A model generated the notes under the pieces. The model had not been told where the DNA came from, did not search any database, and saw nothing but the letters and a program-made list of their open reading frames with translations. Shown one piece after another: positions 28,679 to 39,614 of a DNA stretch of 64,000 nucleotides. Source of the DNA: Macrostomum lignano (Eukaryota); assembly GCA_002269645.1 (NCBI GenBank), contig NIVC01001283.1:62001-126000 (forward strand), read 5' to 3'. The translations under genes were made by a program, and so were the position numbers. Position 1 is the first letter of the stretch, and every line of letters begins with the position of its first letter.

Positions 28679-31600
28679 AGCTCTCTCTTCATCACTCATG
28701 GGATCTTTGCAACAACCGAGGTCCTCGCGCTGTGCAGCGAATGCTCCCCTGGCCGCCAACTGACGGCGAAAAAAGTCCTGCCAGAATTTTGGCGAAGTGC
28801 CGAAACAAAATTTATGCACGCATTCGAGATGCGATGGAGATTCGAACTGGCTGAGACCGTCATTGAGATGCGGCCCGCGCTGCCCCCCCCACTGCTGTGC
28901 CCTGCCTTCACCCGCCTCCTGCCTGCACTACCACTTTATCTTGACCCGTGGGCTTGGTGTACTCTCTCCTCTCTCTTATCCCCCCTCTCTCTTATCCCCT
29001 TTCTCTTTTCTTTTCTCTCCTCTCTCCTCTCTCCTCTCTCCTCTCTCTTATCCCCTCTCTCTCCTCCCCTCTCTCCTCTCTCCTCCCCTCTCTCCTCTCT
29101 CCTCCCCTCTCTCCTCTCTCCTCCCCTCTCTCCTCTCTCCTCCCCTCTCTCCTCTCCCCTCTCTTCTCTCTCTTCTCTCGTCTCCCCTCTCTCCTCCCTC
29201 TCATCTCCTCTGTTTTCTTGTCTGCTCCCTTCTCTCCTCTCTACTCCAGTATACTCTCTACCCGGAAGCCACCAGCTGAGATAGGCTCGCTTCTGAGAAT
29301 TTATACCCTACAAATCAGGTTGCAGCACAGAACTGCAGCCTATTTTCCTGTGACTAGAGTTTATCAGTCTCAGGGATAATTAGACTCAAAGACACAAAGG
29401 ATAGAACAGAGGGTAGAACAGAGGGTAGAACAGAGGGTAGAACAGAGGGTAGAACAGAGGGTAGAACAGAGGATAGAACAGAGGGTAGAACAGAGGGTAG
29501 GGCAGAGGGTAGAACAGAGGATAGAACAGAGAGTAGAACAGAGGGTAGAACAGAGGATAGAACAGAGGGTAGAACAGAGGATAGAACAGAGGATAGAACA
29601 GAGGATAGAACAGAGGATAGAACAGAGAGTAGAACAGAGGGTAGAACAGAGGATAGAACAGAGGGTAGAACAGAGGGTAGAACAGAGGGTAGAACAGAGG
29701 GTAGAACAGAGGGTAGAACAGAGGATAGAACAGAGGGTAGAACAGAGGGTAGAACAGAGGGCAGAAGAGAGGATAAACAGAGGGTAAAACAGAGGGTAGA
29801 ACCGAGGATAGAACAGAGGGTAGAACAGAGGGTAGAACAGAGGGTAGAACAGAGGATAGAACGAATGATAGAACAGAGGATAGAACAGAGGGTAGGGCAC
29901 AGGGTAGAACAAAGGATAGAACAGAGGATAGAACAGAGGATAGAACAGAGGGTAAAACAGAGGGTAGAACAGAGGGTAGAACAGAGAATAGAACAGAGGA
30001 TAGAACAGAGGATAGAACAGAGGTTAGAACAGAGGATAGAACAGAGGGTAGAACAGAGGGTAGAACAAATGATAGAACAGAGGATAGAACAGAGGGTAGA
30101 ACAGAGGGTAGAACAGAGGATAGAACAGAGGGTAGAACAGAGGGTAGAACAAATGATAGAACAGAGGATAGAACAGAGGGTAGGGCACAGGGTAGAACAA
30201 AGGATAGAACAGAGGATAGAACAGAGGATAGAACAGAGGGTAAAACAGAGGGTAGAACAGAGGGTAGAACAGAGAATAGAACAGAGGATAGAACAAAGGA
30301 TAGAACAGAGGATAGAACAGAGGATAGAACAGAGGATAGAACAGAGGGTAGAACAGAGGGTAGAACAGAGGGTAGAACAGAGGGTAGAACAGAGGGTAAA
30401 ACAGAGGGTAGAACAGAGGGTAGAACCGAGGGTAGAACAGAGGGTAGAACAGAGGGTAGAACAGTGAATGAAATCAGTGCAGTTGGAAACGCAACAAAAT
30501 GCGGTTATTAAAATTATCAATAGCTCCACAATACTCCTGATAGCAAGTGTTCGATCAGCAAGAACTGCGCACTTTCTCCTAAACGGCTAGAAATAGAAGA
30601 AATCATTGATCAGTCAGCACTGGTTTCAATGTCTGGATAGCCCGTTTACAGGAAATATTTCGTAACAAAAGGTCAAGGAAAACACTGTGGGAGATAAGCC
30701 TGCCTGTTCTGCATGCCCGTCTGCCTGCGAAACACTCGGGTAAGGATTTTTACAGGCCTGGTTGCCATGGCTACAAATTGAAACTGGCTATTGCGACTAA
30801 AGTTTGGTCAATAATTATAAGAAGTTTTCTTTAAATTTCTAGTTCGAATACGTAAAAATTTGTGATGATAAATTTACTAGAAGAAGCCTCATCGTGTATG
30901 AATTAAGGGATTCTGGTTTTAGCAAGGAGAAGATGAAAGACAAACCACAAGGAACTTCCTATGGGGGATCTTAGCATCAGCCAAGTTTTTCAAGGTGAGC
31001 GAACAGAGGGATTGGGATATTCTTCCCCGCTCATGCCTCGCGCCTCCGTTTCCTTGATGCAAAAATTGTTATCCATCCCCTCCGAATCCCCAAAGCCCTG
31101 ATTTTCATCCCGCTGCGCAGACACCCGCAAATGCCGAACCGAACTTGGACAGATTTGCACTTTTACGTCAAATAACAACCTTATCTTTTAGGCTCGATTC
31201 TACAGATCGTAGACGAGTGTCAGGTGAGACTGGGGTGTCAGGTGAGAGACTGGAGTTTTAGGTGAGAGACTGGAGTGTCAGGTGAGAGACTGGAGTTTCA
31301 GGTGAGAAACTGGGGTGTCAGGTGAGAGACTAGGGTGTCAGGTGAGAGATTGGAGTGTCAGGTGAGAGACTGGAGTGTCAGGACCGAGACTGGAGTGTCA
31401 GCTGAGAGACTGGAGTTTCAGGTGAGAGACTGGGGTGTCAGGTGAGAGACTGGGGTGTCAGGTGAGAGATTGGAGTGTCAGGTGAGAGACTGGAGTGTCA
31501 GGACCGAAACTGGAGTGTCAGGTGAGAGACTGGAGTGTCAGGACCGAGACTGGAGTGTCAGGTGAGAGACTGGAGTGTCAGGTGAGAGACTGGAGTGTCA

Positions 31601-33015
31601 GGTGAAAGACTGGGGTGTCAGGTGAGAGACTGGGGTGTCAGGTGAGAGATTGGAGTGTCAGGTGAGAGACTGGAGTGTCAGGACCGAAACTGGAGTGTCA
31701 GGTGAGAGACTGGAGTGTCAGGACCGAGACTGGAGTGTCAGGTGAGAGACTGGAGTGTCAGGACCGAAACTGGAGTGTCAGGTGAGAGACTGGAGTGTCA
31801 GGACCGAGACTGGAGTGTCAGGTGAGAGACTGGAGTGTCAGGTGAGAGACTGGAGTGTCAGGTGAGAGACTGGAGTGTCAGGTGAGAGACTGGAGTGTCA
31901 AGATAGAGACTGGGGTGTCAGGATAGAGACTGGAGTGTCAGGTGAGAGACTGGAGTGTCAGGTGAGAGACTGGAGTGTCAAGATAGAGACTGGGGTGTCA
32001 GGATAGAGACTGGAGTGTCAGGTGAGAGATTGAAGTGTCAGGTGAGAGACTGGAGTGTCAGGACCGAAACTGGAGTGTCAGGTGAGAGACTGGAGTGTCA
32101 GGTGAGAGACTGGAGTGTCAGGTGAGAGACTGGAGTGTCAGGTGAGAGACTGGAGTGTCAGGTGAGAGACTGGAGTGTCAGGTGAGAGACTGGAGTGTCA
32201 AGATAGAGACTGGGGTGTCAGGATAGAGACTGGAGTGTCAGGTGAGAGACTGGAGTGTCAGGCGAGAGACTGGAGTGTCAAGATAGAGACTGGAGTGTCA
32301 GGTGAGAGATTGGAGTGTCAGGTGAGAGACTGGAGTGTCAAGATAGAGACTGGGGTGTCAGGATAGAGACTGGAGTGTCAGGTGAGAGATTGGAGTGTCA
32401 GGTGAGAGACTGGAGTGTCAGGACCGAAACTGGAGTGTCAGGTGAGAGACTGGAGTGTCAGGTGAGAGACTGGAGTGTCAAGATAGAGACTGGAGTGTAA
32501 GGTGAGAGACTGGAGTGTCAGGTGAGAGACTGGAGTGTCAGGCGAGAGACTGGAGTGTCAGGCGAGAGACTGGAGTGTAAGGTGAGAGACTGGAGTGTCA
32601 GGTGAGAGATCGGAGTGTCAGGCGAGAGACTGGAGTGTAAGGTGAGAGACTGGAGTGTAAGGTGAGAGACGGGAGTGTCAGGTGAGAGATCGGAGTGTCA
32701 GGTGAGAGATCGGAGTGTCAGGTGAGAGATCGGAGTGTCAGGTGAGAGATCGGAGTGTCAGGTGAGAGATCGGAGTGTCAGGTGACGGATTGAGGGCAGG
32801 CACCCAATGGCTATCATACGGATCAACAATTTTTCAACGATGCTAAAAATAAGTTAATCACCAACAAAAATTATTGATTTTCAACAAAGGCAACTCGTGA
32901 TTCGCATCGTGCACTGATTAATAATTCTGACTGCCTGTCACGCAGAGGCAGCCCAAATGATCAATTCGCCTGCGGTTTTCCTTTGAGCAGAAATGTTTAC
33001 GCAGGGCAGAATTAA
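28679..33015 (+). CDS. Putative multi-exon gene of unknown product; candidate exons ~28679-28956, 29250-29318, 30544-30622, 30652-30739, 30927-30994, 31206-31223, 32800-32852, 32946-33015
   Basis: Unique islands between arrays can be joined by GT-AG introns with matching phases into one stop-free frame. No recognisable domain. One intron is only 29 nt and one acceptor lacks a pyrimidine tract. Confidence 0.3.
28960..29245. repeat. CT-rich low-complexity tract
   Basis: Directly visible. Confidence 0.9.
29398..30464. repeat. 12-bp minisatellite TAGAACAGAGG(G/A)
   Basis: Directly visible. Confidence 0.96.
31215..32785. repeat. 20-bp minisatellite GAGTGTCAGGTGAGAGACTG
   Basis: About 78 units, most carrying CAG|GTGAGA. 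Confidence 0.97.
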
Positions 33016-33057
33016 TTAAATTTTATGTGAAAATGACCGGCACACACTGACCATGTA

Positions 33058-34830
33058 GGCTAGATTAGCAATCCATTCTATTCCTGCACCCGTGTATTGG
33101 CTAGATTAGCAATCCATTCTATTCCTGCATCCGTGTATTGGCTAGATTAGCAATCCATTCTATTCCTGCATCCATGTATTGGCTAGATTAGCAATCCATT
33201 CTATTCCTGCACCCATGTATTGGCTAGATTAGCAATCCATTCTATTCCTGCATCCGTGTATTGGCTAGATTAGCAATCCATTCTATTCCTGCATCCGTGT
33301 ATTGGCTAGATTAGCAATCCATTCTATTCCTGCATCCGTGTATTGGCTAGATTAGCAATCCATTCTATTCCTGCATCCGTGTATTGGCTAGATTAGCAAT
33401 CCATTCTATTCCTGCATCCGTGTATTGGCTAGATTAGCAATCCATTCTATTCCTGCATCCGTGTATTGGCTAGATTAGCAATCCATTCTATTCCTGCATC
33501 CGTGTATTGGCTAGATTAGCAATCCATTCTATTCCTGCATCCGTGTATTGGCTAGATTAGCAATCCATTCTTTTCCTGCATCCGTGTATTGGCTAGATTA
33601 GCAATCCATTCTATTCCTGCATCCATGTATTGGCTAGATTAGCAATCCATTCTATTCCTGCATCTGTGTATTGGCTAGATTAGCAATCCATTCTATTCCT
33701 GCATCCATGTATTGGCTAGATTAGCAATCCATTCTATTCCTGCATCCGTGTATTGGCTAGATTAGCAATCCGTTCTATTCCTGCACCCGTGTATTGGCTA
33801 GATTAGCAATCCGTTCTATTCCTGCATCCGTGTATTGGCTAGATTAGCAATCCATTCTATTCCTGCATCCGTGTATTGGCTAGATTAGCAATCCATTCTA
33901 TTCCTGCATCCGTGTATTGGCTAGATTAGCAATCCATTCTATTCCTGCATCCGTGTATTGGCTAGATTAGCAATCCATTCTATTCCTGCATCCGTGTATT
34001 GGCTAGATTAGCAATCCATTCTATTCCTGCATCCGTGTATTGGCTAGATTAGCAATCCGTTCTATTCCTGCACCCGTGTATTGGCTAGATTAGCAATCCG
34101 TTCTATTCCTGCATCCGTGTATTGGCTAGATTAGCAATCCATTCTATTCCTGCATCCGTGTATTGGCTAGATTAGCAATCCATTCTATTCCTGCATCCGT
34201 GTATTGGCTAGATTAGCAATCCATTCTATTCCTGCATCCGTGTATTGGCTAGATTAGCAATCCATTCTATTCCTGCATCCGTGTATTGGCTAGATTAGCA
34301 ATCCATTCTATTCCTGCATCCGTGTATTGGCTAGATTAGCAATCCATTCTATTCCTGCATCCATGTATTGGCTAGATTAGCAATCCATTCTATTCCTGCA
34401 CCCGTGTATTGGCTAGATTAGCAATCCATTCTATTCCTGCATCCGTGTATTGGCTAGATTAGCAATCCATTCTATTCCTGCATCCGTGTATTGGCTAGAT
34501 TAGCAATCCATTCTATTCCTGCATCCATGTATTGGCTAGATTAGCAATCCATTCTATTCCTGCATCCGTGTATTGGCTAGATTAGCAATCCGTTCTATTC
34601 CTGCATCCGTGTATTGGCTAGATTAGCAATCCATTCTATTCCTGCATCCGTGTATTGGCTAGATTAGCAATCCATTCTATTCCTGCATCTGTGTATTGGC
34701 TAGATTAGCAATCCATTCTATTCCTGCATCCGTGTATTGGCTAGATTAGCAATCCATTCTATTCCTGCATCCGTGTATTGGCTAGATTAGCAATCCATTC
34801 TATTCCACGCAGACTAGATTAGCAATCCAT
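33058..34830. repeat. 41-bp satellite, locus 2 (about 43 units)
   Basis: Same unit and orientation as 15855-16478. Confidence 0.97.
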
Positions 34831-35414
34831 TGAACTCGCTGATCCCCAAAAGTGACCCACTGTCATAAATCAGCATTGCACACGGCTGTCCTTTAAACTA
34901 TACCGCGGTCAATGGCTGTCCGCAAGACCCACTTGCACCCTAGCGGCAGTCCGTCTGTTGGATTAGAAGTTGTCCTTTTTGTAGGTAAGCTCTGTGCCCA
35001 ACCAAGTTTTCGGAACCGCATGGCACCTGGTGGGCACCAGCCCCCCCCCCAGTCCCTTGCACACGCTGCCCAAATTAGGACTTTACGAGCCACAGTAAAG
35101 GAATTTGCACGGCTGCCTCGTGATTCCTTCCCCTCTTCACAATCCCAAGCTTCGATCCGCCCCTCTTGGTGGTTGCTGGGAGACACTAGGCGGAAGTAAG
35201 TGAGGGAGAATTAGTGCATGATTTCGGGAACCGGATGTGTCTGGAATCATTAATATAGGCATGTGAGGATCGAAAATTTCATGTGTAATCTTCAGATTAT
35301 ACACCTATGCTTCTACTTTATTGTACTACTATTAATAATGAAGTATAGAAATGCATTTGTTTTTTTAATTTTACGCTTTTGTAAAAAATTATAAACCTAC
35401 TGAATGAGTGACTT

Positions 35415-35520
35415 TACGAGTGAGTTCATGAGTGAGTTCATGACTTAGTTCATGAGTGAGTTTATGAGTGAGTTCATGAGTGAGTTCATGAGTGAGGTTA
35501 TGAGCGAGTTTATGAGTGAA
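35415..35520. repeat. 12-bp repeat GAGTGAGTTCAT
   Basis: Directly visible. Confidence 0.85.
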
Positions 35521-36344
35521 TTAGAGGCATACATAGAGGCAGGAAAAATGGCAAATTACCAAAAAGCACAGTAATGTCCCCACTCTGCTACTACTTACTA
35601 CATGATATCTGAGTAGTAGAACGCGAAAAAATGTCAAAACTTTTTGGCAGTGAGGAAATCTATCGTGCCAATAAAGTGAATCTTAACAATTGTAAAATTT
35701 AATTGCTTTCAACGTTCAACTTTTCAAAGTTGGAGATTTTCCACCTTACGAGTTGCCGCCCCGGAATCAGATGGAGTCTGCAGCTATCAATCCCTGGTCC
35801 GCAGTGATGAGGATGATCAATTAGTTTTCAGAAAGCGCCGCGTTGCCTAGAATGGGAAAATGACAGATTGAAAACTGTCTGATATTAATATTTGTAAACA
35901 TGTGCACAGGAAAACTTATATTTAGCTAATAGCGGTGACGCAACTTGGTGTGGAGGCCGAAAGTTAGATTCAACAAAGATCTTGACTGGTCTTTGTTAGA
36001 CGGCTGAGAACGCCTGGCACTCTCGCCCACATCTCTGGAAATTGAATTTTCTGTTGCCAAGCGTCTCAAGCTGGCGGTGACAAAAGTTCTAACAAAAACT
36101 AAATTTCGAATTTTTGGATTTTCAAGAAATTCTCTCAATTCATCATGTCATTATTTGGGTCTTTACTGTTGCTAGTCTTTGTTGTCTAAATTATGTTGAT
36201 AACTAATCTAATGATATCTCTGCAGTTGCTAAGCAGAAATTGTGCAATATTTGTATACAAATTCGATTTAGACAACCTGAGACAACTGAAAGTTGCAAAA
36301 TTATCAGGATTAACATTTTCACACTTTAAAGAAACAAAAAACCG

Positions 36345-36670
36345 CCCAAAAGCGGTTTCTAATCCTCTTGCTGGAGCAAAGATCTCTAAAAGCCACTGGA
36401 CGGGCCCAAAGGTGGATTCTAAGCCTCTTGCTCGAGCCAAGGACCACAAAAGCCCAAAAGGAAGTTCTAATCCTCTTGCTGGAGTCAAAGACCTCTAAAA
36501 GCCGTAGGACGGACCCAATGGTCGTTTCTAAGACTCTTGCTGGAGCCAAGGACATCAAAAAGCCGTTTGACCGGCTCAGAGGCGGTTTCTAGGAAAAGGA
36601 CCTCTGAAAGCTCCTGGACTGGCCCAATGGCGGTTCTAAACCTCTTACTACAAAGACCACTAAAAGCCTA
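36345..36670. repeat. Degenerate ~60-bp tandem repeat (about 6 units)
   Basis: Recurrent TTCTAA..CTCTTGCTGGAG..AAG.C...AAAAGCC. Confidence 0.8.
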
Positions 36671-37299
36671 AAATGCTCAGTTCATTGATTTCTATTGACT
36701 AGGCCAACTAACCGATATGTAGTGTAAAACACTTTTTGCACAGTGATTTCTTCGCTTGTTGCTAGTCTGACAATTTGTTCAGGTGATAATTACGAGGTGA
36801 ATTAGACAATTACATCCCCAGCCTGCTCCAGCCCAGATTTGAGCAGCTTGCTTTAGGAAGCATTAAGCAAATTGAATAATATTTAAAATGCGATCACGTT
36901 TGACTAACAAAAGCAAAACCTGCTCTTCTGACATTGATTGATAGCCTTAAGGATAAGATTCTTGAATTTAAAATTGCTTTCAATGTTAAATTCCGAATCA
37001 CTATGTAGCTATTGAGAGTATGAGCAGAGAGAAACGTGACTGCTGGCTGATGATGAACACTTCGGGTCCTCCAGTTTGATGTTTGGCTAGAAAATTAGCA
37101 TTGTTTGCACTGAATCCTGTTCAATTGTAAGCTGCGGTGTCTGCAGGGAGTCGATGTGTCTATCCGCTTCCGAGTGGTAGCGGTCCTGCTTCCTGAATGT
37201 CTATTGAACTGCCTTTCTAGTCGCTTGCATCTCTCCCTACCCTCCTGCCTCTCCCTTCCTCTCTCTCTTCCCCTCTCTCCCTTCCTCTCCATCTTCCTT

Positions 37300-37885
37300 C
37301 ACTCGCTTCCTCTCTGTCTCAACTCTCTCCCTTCCTCTCTGTCTCCAATCTCTCCCTTCCTCTCTGTCTCAACTCTCTCCCTTCCTCTCTGTCTCCAATC
37401 TCTCCCTTCCTCTCTGTCTCAACTCTCTCCCTTCCTCTCTGTCTCAACTCTCTCCCTTCCTCTCTGTCTCAACTCTCTCCCTTCCTCTCTGTCTCAACTC
37501 TCTCCCTTCCTCTCTGTCTCAACTCTCTCCCTTCCTCTCTGTCTCCAATCTCTCCCTTCCTCTCTGTCTCAACTCTCTCCCTTCCTCTCTGTCTCCAATC
37601 TCTCCCTTCCTCTCTGTCTCCAATCTCTCCCTTCCTCTCTGTCTCAACTCTCTCCCTTCCTCTCTGTCTCCAATCTCTCCCTTCCTCTCTGTCTCCAATC
37701 TCTCCCTTCCTCTCTGTCTCCAATCTCTCCCTTCCTCTCTGTCTCCAATCTCTCCCTTCCTCTCTGTCTCCAATCTCTCCCTTCCTCTCTGTCTCCAATC
37801 TCTCCCTTCCTCTCTGTCTCCAATCTCTCCCTTCCTCTCTGTCTCCAATCTCTCCCTTCCTCTCTGTCTCCAATCTCTCCCTTCC
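37300..37885. repeat. 24-25 bp CT-rich minisatellite
   Basis: CTCTCCCTTCCTCTCTGTCTCCAAT. Confidence 0.95.
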
Positions 37886-38156
37886 TGTCTCGGTCTCCCC
37901 TTTATACCTTCCTCGCTCATATTTTACATTATAAAGCACAAAAACAACAAAACTCCAAATGAATACAGATTTAACCTGAACTGATAACAAGGTATTAACA
38001 CCTAGAAGTTTGTGAAATGACCATTTGTACTTAGTTATAGTGTATTTACATGCATGCAGATACAGCAACATTCATTTTGTGCTCAGGAGAGGATGGCTAC
38101 GCTTCAAACAACCAGTGGAGTTCCTGACATCAGACAAAACCGAGACATGACAGACT

Positions 38157-39291
38157 TTAATCGCTGCTTTCGCGTTCCTTGGCGTTGCGCCACTTCATCC
38201 TGCGATTTTGGAACCAGATCTTCACCTGGAAGGCGGGAGCGAGGGCAGATAGAAGGGATTAAAGGATCAATAGTTCATCTTCTAACCAACTACCAACCGC
38301 CTAATCTTCTAACCAACCACCAACTACTGATAGTTCCCCATCTGAATCTGGCTAATACCACCTGAGATTCACCTGAGAGTCTCTCAGTCCCAGCCTGTCA
38401 GCCAGCAGTCTCACCTGAGAGTCTCTCAGTCCCAGCCTGTCAGCTAGCAGTCTCACCTGAGAGTCTCTCAGTCCCAGCCTGTCAGCCAGCAGTCTCACCT
38501 GAGAGTCTCTCAGTCCCAGCCTGTCAGCTAGCAGTCTCCGGTCGGGCTTGCCGATGTACTTCTGCTGCTGGAAGGCCTTCTCGAGACCGCGTCGCTGCGA
38601 CTCGCTGAACACTGCCCGACGAAGGACTCCACCGATGACTCGGCCGCTGACGCCACCGACTCCGTCACGGACAGGGCTTGCATCAACGGCTGGTAGAAAT
38701 TGAGGCTGAGGCTGGAGCTGGTGCTGCAGCTGGTACTGCAGCTGGCTTTGAAGCAGGTGTTGCTGGTGCTGCTGCAGCTGCAACAGCTGATGATGAAGGG
38801 TCTGCAGCTGGCTCAGCGGCGGCAGGGGCTGCTGCAGGCCTGCGTGGAAGGCGATCGACAAAGCGTAATTTTTCAGGGGCGATTTTGAATTGGGCGGTTT
38901 TAGGGGCGATTTTTAGGGGCGATTTTGAATTGGGACGATTTCGAATAGGGGCGCGTGAGGGCCACTCACCGCTGTCAGCTGTTGCAGACGCAAAGGCGCC
39001 GCTATGATGAGGCGCAGAGCCTGGACTAGCAGCAGCATGGGAAAGCAGCAGTCGGTGCTGTTGAGCTTGAAGCAGCAAGTGCGGCGGAGGCGGAAGCGGC
39101 CCCAGCATCCGGAAGCGGCTGGCTGAGCAGCCAATGTTGAGAATTGCAGAGACGCCAAATTTAAGCCTGTCGGAAGCGGGGGCGGAAGCGGGGGCGGAAG
39201 CGGGGGCGGAAGCGGGGGCGGAAGCGGGGGCGGAAGCGGGGGCGGAAGCGGGGGCGGCAGAAGCGGCGGCGACTTGCAGTGAGTTGTCCAT
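38157..39291 (-). CDS. dbx: Dbx (developing brain homeobox) family homeodomain protein, about 243 aa; exons 38970-39291, 38499-38839, 38157-38225
   Basis: eh1 motif LKFGVSAIL in exon 1. Spliced homeodomain VLRRAVFSESQRRGLEKAFQQQKYIGKPDRRLLADRLGLRDSQ|VKIWFQNRRMKWRNAKE has Dbx-diagnostic LRRAVFS and QKYI-KPDR. GT-AG introns in phases 1 and 0; the second falls at the Q|V position of helix 3. Confidence 0.93.
38371..38537 (-). repeat. 42-bp tandem duplication x4 spanning the Dbx exon 2 donor
   Basis: Each unit encodes RLLADRLGLRDSQV; CAG|GT exon ends at 38499, 38457, 38415, 38373. Confidence 0.95.
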
Positions 39292-39614
39292 GAAAATTTT
39301 GTTTTAAAATAGTTGTTTTTTTTTTTAAAAACAGTGAAGAATGAAGTTCTGATTAGCCTGAAATAATCAGGTGCTTCAAATACAGATAATTTCTTTCTAC
39401 TTAACAGCTACACAAGTCGGACTTCTAATTGGCCCGAGGAGGGGGCTAAGACAGCCAATTAGAAAAGGGTGAAAATTGAATGATATATGCCGGCCAATGA
39501 GAGCTCATCAGTATTTGATTATGAACCATAGGCGAAACGAACACATAAATGTAATTAATTTCGGCATTATAGTTTTAGAATGAGTTATATGGATAGGGTG
39601 CTTAACTATCAGAT

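Noticed and set aside
35800-35885. C/D snoRNA (GTGATGA ... CTGA about 77 nt apart)
   Set aside because: No terminal stem, no clear C'/D' boxes and no identified target.
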